A stretch of 64,000 nucleotides of DNA from Blepharisma stoltei ATCC 30299. Lineage: Eukaryota; Protista; Ciliophora. This document shows positions 24,621 to 37,206 of the stretch, piece after piece. Under the pieces are notes generated by a model that saw nothing but the letters and a program-made list of their open reading frames with translations, made no database searches and had not been told where the DNA came from. The stretch lies in assembly GCA_965603825.1 (NCBI GenBank), contig CBFDEM010000048.1, forward strand, positions 428,918 to 492,917, written 5' to 3'. Position 1 is the first letter of the stretch. Each line of letters opens with the position of its first letter. The position numbers and the translations under genes were made by a program.

Positions 24621-25305
24621 AATTTTGAATTTAATTAAGCTTAATTACAGAAAGGTTTAGATTTATAATAAGAGCATAAAGTGAGTCCTGTTGAAGTAAT
24701 GATAATCGTTAAGATATATTAGCTAGCATCAGAAAAATTAAGTTAAAAATTTTCTAAAGATAAAGATTGATGGAACTAGAAGCGTAAAATTTAGAGAATT
24801 AATACTTGCGGCAGGATTATTATAATATTGATTTAGATTAAAATTTTTAGACCGAAACGTTTTGTAGTAAAAAGGAAGATGAAACATTTTTGTAGGTGAA
24901 TAATTAAGTTAAAGTGACTTTAAATTTTCATTATGAATTATGAATAAAAATCTTGAAGCATGAAAATAATAAAGTCGACAAAATATTAATAAGCCAGTAT
25001 ACTCTTTTTTGTAATTAAATTATGTGAAATTTAGTTAAAATATAATAAAAAGCTAATTATTATAACCCATCTTGAAATATTTCAGCTTTGTAATCGTTTT
25101 ATTAATTTTATAAAACAATTATATTTCAAAAATAGCTAATATAATTAATACACATAAATTAATTAGTATAATAAAAATCCATTATGCTTATTAATCTCAA
25201 AACTTAAAAAAACCTTTATCCTGCTTCCCAATTTTATCTGGAAAATTTGCTTTATTATTAATCCAAACTCAAATTTCCTAGCATCATCCATATTGTCCAT
25301 AATAA

Positions 25306-26073
25306 ATGCTTGCAGCTCGTCATTTTCTTCGCAGAACTTTTAGCTCAGCCCTTGCAACCCATCGCGACACTGCTTACAACAACAGAGACACTCCATTTGA
25401 CTTCACCGAAGAAAACTACCAAAAAATCACTACAATTCTCACCCATTATCCTCCGCAATACAAGCGCTCAGCAACTATCAATTTACTATACCTCGCCCAA
25501 AAGCAATGTGACGGCTGGGTGCCTTTGGCTGCGATGAATAAGATTGCTAAAATCCTAGAAATCTCAGAAATGGACGTTTACGAGGTTTGTTCATTTTATA
25601 CAATGTTCAATCGTGAACCTGTAGGGAAATATCATCTTCAAGTGTGTGGGACAACACCTTGTATGATCCGTGGAGCACAAGATATTATAAAAACAATTGA
25701 GCATGAATGTGGGATCATAAAAGACCAGACTTCAAAAGACGGTCTTTTTACCTTGACTGAAGTTGAGTGTTTAGGATGCTGTGCAAATGCCCCGATGTTG
25801 CAGGTAAATGGAGAAAAAGTCTATGAAGATTTAACCCCAGAAACAATGAAAGCGATGATTGATGCGTGGAAGGCAGGAAAAGAACCAAAAGTTGGGCCTC
25901 AGAATGGAAGGACATGTGCAGAAGGCATCCAAGGGAGAACCACTTTGAAGGCGCAGCCTAATGTGTGGCCTGATAGAGATTTTGCGAAAGCGAAGGATGA
26001 TTACCAAAAACGACTTGAAGCAGAAGCCCAGAAAAAGAAGGAGGAAGCTGCTGCTGCCGCTGCAAAGAAATAA
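25306..26073 (+). CDS. NDUFV2: NADH:ubiquinone oxidoreductase 24 kDa subunit
   Basis: HRDT..NN...PFDFT, FYTMFNREPVGKYHLQVCGTTPCMIRG and EVECLGCCANAPM 2Fe-2S motifs. Confidence 0.97.
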   Translation: MLAARHFLRRTFSSALATHRDTAYNNRDTPFDFTEENYQKITTILTHYPPQYKRSATINLLYLAQKQCDGWVPLAAMNKIAKILEISEMDVYEVCSFYTMFNREPVGKYHLQVCGTTPCMIRGAQDIIKTIEHECGIIKDQTSKDGLFTLTEVECLGCCANAPMLQVNGEKVYEDLTPETMKAMIDAWKAGKEPKVGPQNGRTCAEGIQGRTTLKAQPNVWPDRDFAKAKDDYQKRLEAEAQKKKEEAAAAAAKK

Positions 26074-26095
26074 TAGAATAAATTAGTAAAAGTTA

Positions 26096-26623
26096 CTAAG
26101 AAACTCTAGTTTCAATATCATAGATCCCAACAACTGTGCCTGCATCTTCATCATACTCACACCAATCTCCTTGTGATAAGTCAACGTCTTCCCAAATCTT
26201 ATTCGTTAATGATTCTACTGTAAATCCATCATTTAGTCGATATGAAACAATAACCAGACCTCTAGTTTCGCATTGGCAAATTGGTTGAAATTCTTCTCTT
26301 GATCCTCCTTCATAGTCTTCAATTTCAATATCACGATTTTTGCTTGCTGTTACTGCTCCGTAAACACTATAATTTTTTATCGAGCCATTAAGTATATTGA
26401 TAGTCCCTACATTTTCACATATTTTGCATTTCATTACAAAATTAAATGTCCCAGGGGTTCCTCATTTTTCATGAAATTCTTCTGCGACGAGATAAATTTC
26501 TTTATCATTAACTTCTCCACATCTAGCACAACGAACTTGAAAATACCATCTAAAATTACTTTTAGGAGTGATATTTCTAATCCCCTCTAGCCTGGCTTTA
26601 ATTAGAATATCTTGAATACCCAT
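26096..26623 (-). CDS. CZIB: CXXC zinc-binding protein CZIB/DUF866, copy 1 (175 aa)
   Basis: Starts MGIQDILIKARLEG at 26623 (one TGA); VRCARC, MKCKIC, CETRGL and GDWCEYDE. Confidence 0.85.
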
Positions 26624-26794
26624 ATTTATTATTATTCATATTCATTGTCGATTTATCATCCTATGTGATTTCTTAAATAACTTTTTTATATTTAATTAGA
26701 CTAGTTTTCTGTATGCTTTAAAGCCAAGTTTGAAATATTCAAAACATTTGACTAGTATTTTAATGTTTTGTATTTTTTATTAAAAATTTAGCAG

Positions 26795-27316
26795 CTAAGA
26801 AACTCTAGTTTCTATTTCATAGACCCCGACAATTGTACCTGCATTTTCATCATACTCACACCAGTCCCCTTGAGATAAGTCGACATCTTCCCATATCTTA
26901 TTTGTTAATGATTCTACTGTAAATCCATCACCTATTCGAAAAGAAACTATGACGAGACCTCTAGTTTCGCATTGGCAAATTGATTTAAAAATTTCTCTTG
27001 ATCCTTCTTCATAGTCTTCAATTTGGCATCTCTTGCTTATTATTATGGTTGTGAAAGCACTATAATGCTTTATTGATCCATTAATTATATTGATAGTCCC
27101 TAAATTTTCACATATTTTGCATTTCATTGCAAAATTAAATATTCCAGGAGTTCCTGCTTTTTCATGAAATTCTTCTGCGGCTAGATAAATTTCTTTATTG
27201 TTAATTTCCCTACATCTATCACAACGAACTTGAAAATACCATCTGAAATTCTGTTTAGGATTAATTGACCTAGTCCCATCTAGCCTCGCTTTAATCAGAA
27301 TATCTTGGATACCCAT
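26795..27316 (-). CDS. CZIB: CXXC zinc-binding protein CZIB/DUF866, copy 2
   Basis: 173-aa ORF with VRCDRC, MKCKIC and GDWCEYDE; paralogous to 26096-26623. Confidence 0.88.
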   Translation of the reverse strand: MGIQDILIKARLDGTRSINPKQNFRWYFQVRCDRCREINNKEIYLAAEEFHEKAGTPGIFNFAMKCKICENLGTINIINGSIKHYSAFTTIIISKRCQIEDYEEGSREIFKSICQCETRGLVIVSFRIGDGFTVESLTNKIWEDVDLSQGDWCEYDENAGTIVGVYEIETRVS

Positions 27317-27519
27317 ATTTATTATTTTTACGGTTTACTTGTTAATGTTATAATCTTATTAATTTCTTTACCTTTTTCTTTTATTAATTATGATTTTCTT
27401 AAAGTTCTAAAGCAAATCTTTAGCTAGGTTTAAGCTTAAAATTTTTTAATTATTGAGTTAATGTGAAAAAATAATGGAAGAGATATTTTTAAGAAATTTT
27501 ATTTTTAATTTTATAAATC

Positions 27520-27935
27520 CCAACTATTTTGTCTTTGATCTCATCATATGCATATCTTCCCAAACCTTAATTCAAGATGATATAGCTTTTAAGATATTAT
27601 TCATTCTAAGTTCAGCTATCAACAACCATTTTTATCAAATTGGAAAATCGATTAAAAAGCCTCGCTGTCTTCGCTCTAATAAATTTGTTTATTGCCCATT
27701 AGCTAAATTTTTATTGTTCTAACATTTTCACATTTTCACATATTTACATTTCATAACAAATTAAAAAACCCAGAAGCCTTAAATCCTAATAATGATATTC
27801 TGCAATAAGAAAATGTCTTTATTAATTATAATCTCCCACATCTAACCCAGTGACCTTAAAATTATCACTCATACATCAGATTACTTTCTCTTATCCCATC
27901 AATCCTTGCTTTAATTAAATCTCTTTTATAACCAT
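27520..27935 (-). pseudogene. Degenerate third CZIB/DUF866 copy
   Basis: Recognisable remnants: start region 27901-27935, the MKCK-like segment near 27731-27755 and KVWED near 27552-27567, with frameshifts and stops. Left boundary approximate. Confidence 0.65.
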
Positions 27936-27954
27936 ATTATATAAATATAACAAT

Positions 27955-28824
27955 TTATTTATCAATTTTCATAATTCTGTAAAACTCATCAAATGTGATT
28001 GAATCTTTTTTAACCTTGGCAGCTAAGTTCATTCTTTCGAAAATTCAATCAGCTACTATTTCACAATCTCTGCCTCGCTTTGTTTTCTTTAAAGCCATTG
28101 ATATAGCAATTTGCAATTTTTCCTTTTTGAGGTTTTTTTCTCCACAAAATTCTGTAAGTTTAAAGAAAACTATATAAAAATTACATAACAATTTTTGCAT
28201 TGTAAAATTTTTGCGAGAGGTGTTACTTGGCTCTTTATAGAAAAAGGAATTTTTATCCGGAGGATCCATATGAATTGCTTCTATAGATTGCAAAAAAGTT
28301 TTCATATCAATTCATTTTGAATTGTTAAAGGGGAATGTAAGCATGCTCATTAAAGTTTGTGATGATATAAAACAGTTTAAATAGTGCTGAATGATATTTT
28401 TTATGTGAATCTGAGGATTTTCTTCTGAAGTTCTTGACCCGCCTTCAGAGAAATTGCGTAAAAATAAAATTGAAAAATTTTTAAATATGAATTGGCATTC
28501 TTCTGGAGAATCTGTTTAGAATTTACATATTTTAGAGCCTGATGAAGAACTACTATTAGTCGAAATAGCAAGACTAGCAAAAATGCATGGCAAAGACTGA
28601 TATCTTTTATATTTTTCAATCTCATTTATAGAAAAAGATTTCGGCGATTGCAGAATTCCTTTATTCTCACTTGGAAATACAATAGATTCTCTCGTCTTTT
28701 TGCGAGCTTTCTTTAAGTATTTAAGATCAACATATTTCTTAAACATATCATAAATTTCTGTGATTTCTATAAGATTTTCAAGATTTTCTGAGCTTGAAGC
28801 CATATGTGTGATTTGGTCAGTCAT
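27955..28824 (-). CDS. Hypothetical protein with a C-terminal EF-hand-like segment (284 aa; 15-nt intron 28512-28526)
   Basis: Intron GTAAATTCTAAACAG plus TGA=Trp joins ORFs 28516-28824 and 28045-28305; ends ...KKDSITFDEFYRIMKIDK*. Confidence 0.65.
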
Positions 28825-29234
28825 CAGAATTAAAATTGAATAGAAAATAGATTTTAGTAATGATTCATTACTTGTCAGATCATATGAAATTTCTTTGAAA
28901 ATGGATTTTATTAATCAATGAATCAGAAGACCTTATATTCTTATGTGTGTCTTAAAATCCTATGTAAAGGAAATATCTAATAAGAAAATTAATTTTTGCA
29001 TATTAATTTTAATAAAAAGTAAGATGAGTTGAGTACATTTGATAATAATTGCGAAATTATTTTAGTTAAAATATCTTTAAAAGAAAAAATTATTCACATT
29101 ATTTAGAATGATTTATTAATAATACTTAGCAGTTATCATTCCTTAAGGATTCAATTCTCAAGAAAATAGAATATAATTTTATAGATTGCTTTTTTAAATT
29201 GTTTAAACATAATATGAGCCTTATTTTAGTGCTC

Positions 29235-29804
29235 CTAAGGGTCAATCTTTGTTTTCTTGCGTGGCATTTCTTGCTCTTCTGAGTCTTCTTGCAATCCAAA
29301 ATCTTCGAAATTTAGCCCGTTATAGACAGGCGACGACTTTTCAGAGAACATATCCTTGATTTTTTCGGGACACATTGCCATTAGTTTTTGTAGTAATCCT
29401 TCGATAGGCTCTTCAATGTCATTCGTTGTATCTTTTAATGGTGGCAAAATTTTGTTCATCCAAGGTTCGATCTTGTCCTTATGAAACCTGCATTCTTTCT
29501 CATGGGCATTTAAATTTTCTAAAATACCTGACCAACTGCACCCTTTATTGTTGCAAGCAACTTCTAGGTCATTGATAAAGCATGCAGCGATTAGATCCTT
29601 TCCAATCGTTTTCTTGTTAAAAGCTTTTCTACAATGAGGACATGTCCTGTTGTCCTGGCTTCATGTCAAGATACATTCTTTACAAAATGTATGACCGCAT
29701 GAAAGCCTTGCTGGATCATAGAAAGGCTCACTGCAGATAGAACAGATCAGATAGCTCTTGATTCGACTGACCATAATGAATCTTCTAATAGGTCTGTTTG
29801 ACAT
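29235..29804 (-). CDS. C3HC4 RING finger plus TRAF-type zinc finger protein (189 aa), putative E3 ligase
   Basis: [28 protein letters not shown](TGA)SQDNRTCPHCR, then LEVACNNKGCSWSG...HEKEC. Confidence 0.9.
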
Positions 29805-30714
29805 TTATAAAATTTTTAAATTATTGAATTCTTTAAAGATACTTTCATATTTATTTAAGGTTACTAAAAATTAATGGTAACTCATTCTGTAATTATTAAA
29901 ATTAAAATATAACTCGAACACTTTTCTTATAATAATTATTTATAAATTCCAAAATAAATTTGGTCTTATAATGCTCTATTTTAAGTCATATGCCTAAATA
30001 TCTATGCTCCTATGCATATAATTCAGAATAAACCCAAAAGTGGACCAGAAAATGCAAAATTAATTTTTATTAGACACTATGCTTAATATTTTTTAGGCTG
30101 AGCATATGCTTCTTTCTTTACATCTTAAAAAAGGTTTTGGCATTTGCTGATAAAAACTTTAGGTTTTAATATAAAAGGTATAATTACGATCTCTAAGAGA
30201 TCCATATTTAAGTAAACTTTGGATTGCATAATATACAATAATTCTAGATAGCCTATCTGCGATGAATTGATTAATTTCTTATGTTTTTATCATAAATCCT
30301 AGTTTAATTTTGTTGAGGTGATTGACCAGCCATCCTTTTATCTTGAAAATTTGGCAAAGAAATAATATATACATATTTTTATATGCCACATGGAGAGTCG
30401 TCTAATTTAAAAGGCTTGAACTGTCTCCATAGAAAGTTAGATTTGCCTTATCCAGCGACTTTTTTCTATATACTAAGACGTGGAAGAGATAGTTAAGGCA
30501 AAATCTGAAATGAGATATAGATTTTTTAATTTGAGAAGGAGATTAATAAACTTAATTACTTTATTAAAAAATATCATATTTCACTAAACTCCACATATGG
30601 GATTGGTTTTAATGTGAGTTTTAGACCATCCTGGAGTAGATTCCTCCTTTGTTATATGCTCAATACATGCTGCTTGCTCAAGCCTTGATTTCTGATTTTG
30701 AGGTTTATTTCCAA

Positions 30715-31050
30715 TTATACTCATCTCCAATTCCCTTTATAGATTGATATTTTAAATGTATTATATACAGTCTCTCTTCTATATTTGCAGCAATCTTTCA
30801 TTTACATCATTCAAATTCATAAGGAATATACGAGAAGGAGTTGATATCAATTGAATATAATTGAAGAGTTTTCTATAGCTAGAAAGCAAAATACACATTA
30901 AATATCAAGCTATAGTACAAGCAATAAGTTTTTAGAATTGGTGCCAATATAATTCATCGATTTTATTTAAGTCAAATTTACTAGATAATATAAAATTATC
31001 ATCCCTTTTACATAATTCAAAGCAATAGACATTTCTGTTAAAGTATTCAA
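30715..31050 (-). pseudogene. Highly degenerate Kelch-like gene remnant
   Basis: Patches match the Kelch-like gene, e.g. ttggtgccaatataattcatcga near 30938 versus ttggtgctaatttaattcatcga at 32251, and agcaatagaca at 31021 versus 32335. Confidence 0.55.
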
Positions 31051-31819
31051 ACCTAATTTTATCAAAAAATAGCCTATTTTTATCAAATTCTGCAAAAATT
31101 GAAATTATTACAATTTGAATTTATTGAGGGAAGAAAATAAGAAATATGTGTTTCTTATACATTTTAACTTAGATAATAATATCTAATGCTCTCTTTACCC
31201 TTTTATTAGTTTAGATAATAAGTGTAGATATATTTATTTAGAGCAGGCATTTAAAATATTAATCTTTATTTAAAATTGATCAATATGATCTTTTATTATA
31301 TTTACACATTTCATAAATAATTTTATTATAAAGCTGATTAGGCATGGCTGTTAAACCACAACTACACCAAAAAAAAATTAAAAAATAGCTTTTACTTCCA
31401 GATTGTAGCTTATGAACTCTATAATTTCTATCAATTATTGTAGCCCTAAAAGTTAAATATTTACGATAGCAGAATAATTACCATTAGGAAGTTGAGCACA
31501 GCATGTGAACATGCCAAGTGATTTATAAATCTTTAACATTTGCATCTCTTCTCTTTTATTTTCAATATCATAAATAATCAAAGTTGCCTATCAAATTCGA
31601 GAGCATTGATATTTCTAGTCATATAATTTATATTTACTTTTTACTTATTTTAAATAATAAAAATACATTATGATTGAGTATTATTATCATTTACAAATAA
31701 TATGTATATTACATTTTAAATATTTTGTGGAGTATTCTTATTCTTTTCATGTGCCAATTTTTTTATTTTTATAATTTCAGATTCCTCTCGAGCAAAAGAA
31801 GAAGATGAAAGCTATTAAA

Positions 31820-32758
31820 TTAAAATAAATTACATGCGGGCTTATTATTCTCGAGCTCAATCAGCTCTTTTCTGTCTAAATTAAATTTGTAGTAGTGTCT
31901 TGTCTTTTTGCGGCTCTTATATTCAATACATCCAATATAGATTCCTCTTTCATTATATGCCCAAAACACATAAGAAGGGCAAAGGGAAATTATTGAGTTT
32001 CCTATTATTTCTCAAACATACTCATCTCCAACTCTGCTTTCGTAAATTGCTTCACCCTCGCATTCAATCAAATATAATCTCTCTTCTGCGTTTATCAAAA
32101 TCTTTCTTTTCAGTCATGCAAACTCATAAGGAATTACTGAAAAAGAGTCAATATCAACTGAATAAAGCCAAATATTTTTATTCCACACCCCAGAAATCAA
32201 AATATTCCTATTAAATGTTATCGAATTGCAATACCAATCAGGTTTTGGCATTGGTGCTAATTTAATTCATCGATTTCTATTTAAATCGAATCTGCAAGAT
32301 AGATTTAAAAGTCCTTGATCATTAGACCCTCCAAAGCAATAGACACTTGTGTTAAAATATATAACTGATGAATAGAAACAAGGAGTTCCAGATGGTAACT
32401 CATAAGCTTTATAATTACTATCAAATATTAGTGTTGTCCCAAAAAGAGGATACATGCCAAAACAGAATAATTCAGAGTTTGGAAGTAGAGCAGCGCATGA
32501 AAACCTGTCTAGGGGCTTTGGAGTCTTCAATCTTTGCACCTCTTCTCTTTCACTTTTAGTATCATAAATAAACAAATTAACTTTATGCTTATCTAGTTCA
32601 AGAAGGTAAAGAGAAGCAGATTGATGGGAAGCTGCAGCATATTCTTGGTCAGTGCTATTTAGTCCTGAGGAGGCAATAGATACTTCGCTATGTTCGTTTG
32701 CATTATTTTTAGCGATTTCAGAGAGACTTAACTGATAATTAAGCAAGCACTTTTTCAT
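31820..32758 (-). CDS. Kelch/beta-propeller-like protein, copy 1 (312 aa)
   Basis: Open with TGA=Trp; LFCFG, VYCFGG, RWIKLAPMP and ILISG Kelch-like motifs. Confidence 0.7.
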
Positions 32759-32978
32759 ATTTCTTGAATTTAATTAAGTTCTTTTTTAACTAATCAAAAA
32801 TCTTTCAGTAGGTAAATAGATATTAGACTAATGTAGTTTATCATGATGCTTATATCGATACCCTATGCTATAGTGCTTAAGTGATTGTAACTTGAATTTG
32901 TATCTATAACTAATTATATCGATACCATATAAAACATTGTGGCAAAATCAATATTTTTCAATGAAATTAAATAAATAA

Positions 32979-35900
32979 TTAAGTTATATTTCTATTTTTG
33001 TTCATTTCTTCAAGCATTTTAATAACCCCATTAATTTTTGAATCCCAATCTTGCCTTAGCAATTCAATTTTGCTTTCAACTTTTTCTTCCAATTTCTGTA
33101 ATTTTTCATTTAAACTTCTTCCTAAATCTTCACCAATATTTTTTAATTCTTCGCTCATATTTTTTTTTATCCCCAAAACTTCGTCTTTATATCCATCTAT
33201 TTTAAATGAAATTTCTTTAATTTTGCCTTGCCATTTATCTGACACATTAGTATCTTGAAAAATATCGCATCTCTGTAGATATAGTAATTTTCCTTTTGAT
33301 CTTAATTTTGCAAGCTCTGACCTCTTCCAAAACATAATAGATTCAAATTCAATGACTAATTGTAGCATTTCTTTAGAATTTAATTCGTCAGCAATCATTT
33401 GGAATCTATCAAAAGTATCCCCTAATGTTGATACTAGCAAATTAAGCATCATAACTACATTAATTAAAGAAGCCAAGGTAAAGCATGAGTATTGGAAGAA
33501 AGAAATTTTTTCGTTATCAAAATTGCCCATATTAAGCTCATAAGTCATTGCCCAAACTTCACCAAGGGAAAGACTATTATCAAGAGAAGCATAGAGAACT
33601 CCAAATGCAAGGGTGGAATACAGAAAAATGACTAAAAATGCAAAAGAATCTGTGAGTGCCATTAAAATCAGCCTGACATAAAATCTTGTAAAATCAAAAG
33701 CACGGAAATATGTCAAGCCTCTGAAAAAATTAAATAAAACCATTGAAAAAGCCAACCCTTTTACATTTTCGTCACAAACCTCAAAAATCGCCCATAAAAT
33801 AGATAATATTAATCGCAGCAAATCAATAAAATTTCATATATCAGAAATATAATCTGTAGGCTTAGTAATAGCTTGCAAAAGTTCATAGAGAGCAAGAATT
33901 CCGTTTAGCACAATAAAATTTGTTAATATATAAATGTTAGGATCAAAGATATATCATACCATAGTGATAAGATTAAGCCAATATATGACTGAAAACGTAA
34001 TTATTGCTGGCCATAAGTAATCCCATTTTTCTCTTATAAGGGACTGTATAAATAAAGTTTGAAAAATTCCTTGAGTTTCGCACTCATTCATTTTCTTTAA
34101 AAGCTGCAAGCTTTCTTCAGACCCTGCTGTATAGTTGTAGCCTAACGGGCTTCCCCAAAACTGAACAAGGATCATATTTTGTTTTGCAGAATCTTTTTCA
34201 GTTCCATTTTCCCTAGTAAAAGCAGCTGTATAAATTTTAGAGACAGGAGAAAAAATGGTCATAGGCAATTCTTCTCTAATTTCATAGAAGCCAATAATGT
34301 CTTTATCAGCTCTTCTCACAAATAAAAATTCCAAAAAGGGAACCAAATATAGAGACTTTGTATTAAACAGCAATGGCACGTCATCACGTATCTGATGGAT
34401 ACAATGGAATAGCTTATAATCATCTTCTAAATTTATAATATAGTTAAGGATTTGATCAATGCATCTTCTTGAGCTTTTAATAAGCGCGTATGATAATGGG
34501 CTCATACCCTGTTGATCTCTAAATATAATAGCTCCGTCATTTAATGCAATTGATAAAAAATCTGCACTGTCATTTGTGCATAAGGTATGCAAAATATTAT
34601 ATCCAATAGGATATACAATTACTTCAAGGAAATTTTTATCTCATAGCTCTTTGGTTGGCTTTTTAATCCAATTGAAAAACTTTTGTCTATATATTTTATC
34701 ATAATTGCCAGGAATTAAATAAGGAAAAGAGTCACTTCTGTTATTATGCAAATAATTTTCTATATAACGGAATTCAGTGGTTTTTTTACTTTGAACAACA
34801 ATGAATTTGGAATCGCCGCTAAATTATGCGTTATGTCATATATCATGAGAGAGCATCATTGTTACCATAAATTTTTTCTCTTCGCGATTCCAGATCTTCA
34901 CGCAGCCGTTTGCATTTAAAATTGCTATATATTTATTGTCTCTTGTTATATCTAAGCTAACTATGCTGCAACCGTCATTAATCTTTATGGTTTCAATATC
35001 TTTTAGTTGGATTAGATCCCACATCCTGATTTCATCAAGCTGAGAAAAAATAAGAAATCTTTCGTCTTCACTTATTTCTAAGCTAGAAATAGGGCTTGAA
35101 TGATCATCAATAGTGATAATCTTTCTTTTTTCGCTAATATTGAATATTTCTATTACGTTTTCCATACAAACCAAAAAATAATTGTTGTCAATTAATTTCA
35201 AAAATTTTACTTTTTTTTCCATATGGATACTTTGCATTAGTGTTTTCTCTGGAAAGCTCCAAAACTCCACATTTTGGTTCCTATCTAGTGAAATGATATA
35301 TTCATTTGTTTTATTAATTTGCAAAAATTCAATGGTATTTTTGTACTCATTATCTTCGCCTGGTTCCTCTATATTTTCATAATCTTCTTCTTTTTCTTCT
35401 GTAGCACCAATTTTACACTTCTTTTGAATATCAAAACATTGTATTGGCCCATAGTAATTGCTAGCTGCAATGAAGTTGCTATCTTTACTTATTGCAAAAC
35501 AAATTGCAATATCCTGATCTTGGAATGTTCTAACTAATTTCATATCTTGAAAAGAATACACATAAATAGAACTTCTACGTAAATTCCCAAAAATAAAATA
35601 TTTATCATCATAAGAAATTTTTACGTCACAAACACCATAATGCACAACAAGTGAAAAAGCAAATTGATTTTCAATAAAGCTTCATACTTTTAATAAAAAA
35701 CGATGATATAGAACTGCATATTTCCCATCCCTAGTCAATTTTAAGTCTGTTTTTAATGGTTCATGATGACTTTCCTCATCCTCAGACTCATCAGAGCTCT
35801 CATGTAAAGAAACTATATAATCTTCTTCTGCTTGTTTTTTTTCTTTATAAATTTGGTAAATTTTAATTTTTCCGTTTTCATGTATGCAGGCTAAATATTC

Positions 35901-37001
35901 TTCTTGATTAACAGTCAGTATCTTTACAGCTTTGCATTCAATTCCCTCCAGAGTAGTTATAGGAACTCCTTTATTTAAGTTAAAAATTGTAATAGACCCA
36001 TTTTTGTGTCCACAGTAGACTAAATTGTTTTGTTTTGAGATAGCAACAGCTGTTGCTGGATCCTTCAATTCTGATGAATTATTATTATCAATATCATAAG
36101 TTCTTATAGTGCCTTCATCACAATTAGCAAATATGAATTGATTTCCTTGAGTAAATTCCAAAAACAAGTTACCCCCTTCCTTTGAATGTTTTATATGTCT
36201 GATACCCTGTCTTGCATTGATATCTCATATATCAATTGCTCCACCAATTGACCCAGTGACAATGTATTTACTATCATCAGTAATCTCAATTTGCAAAACA
36301 TAACCTTCCCTTACAAATAATACTGAGACATTTTTAATGTCTTGAATACTAAATATCATTAAATGGCCATCGAAAGAGCCTGCAACAAGAAATTCACCAT
36401 TAGGAGAGCTCTTCATACAATTGACTTCATATTTGTCGCCATCTAACATTTCAACTTCCTTTTCATTTCAGAAATTCCATTTTCTGATGAAGCCTTCTTC
36501 ATAAGACCCAGAAAAAAGACCATATCCAGCTGTCACTTCTAAGCAAAGTCATTTATTCTCCCCAATAAACACTCTTTCTTGTATATAGCTTTCTAAATTT
36601 CATATGATTATCGTTTTATCATCTGATGCTGAAATTAGGAAATCTTTTTTAGGGCAAACTTGAAGGCAAACTACACATTTGCTGTGCCCTTTTAGCACAA
36701 TTTCTGCTTTGGTTTCTAAATTATATATTTTTATAATTCCATCAATTCTGCCTATGACGAGCTTATTTAAAAATGTAATCGCGTATTTAATGTCTGAGCC
36801 TTTGAAGACTGGATCATTTTCATTAAAATAGTCATGATCACTAAATTCTAAGTCACTTGAACCGTCAAATTCAAAGGACTCATAGTTAACTGTCAGCATC
36901 TTAATGCTTTTTTCAAGGTTGGCTAAAGGATCGATGGAGTATTTTTCAAGATTTGGATCTTCAATGTTTTCTTTAGTCAGTAATGGTTCAATAAGAGACA
37001 T
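32979..37001 (-). pseudogene. WD40 plus TRP-like channel gene with a single in-frame TAA (34824-34826)
   Basis: Six listed ORFs share one frame over 1341 codons, interrupted only by TGA except for one TAA. WD40 repeats, then DIWNFIDLLR and MLNLLVSTLGDTFDRF. Confidence 0.7.
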
Positions 37002-37206
37002 TAAATTATTATAAGGACTGTCAAAAATGATAAAGAAAAGGATAATCTAATAGGTAAACTTTCATATTACCTATTATTTATATATAAGTATCATCTTTAA
37101 TGTTTTTTTAATTTTCTTCCTGCCTATGAGGACTGAGATCTTTATTTTTAACTATCAACTTGAAATTTTGGTTATCTACTTATTAATAATTTAAAAAATT
37201 AATATT

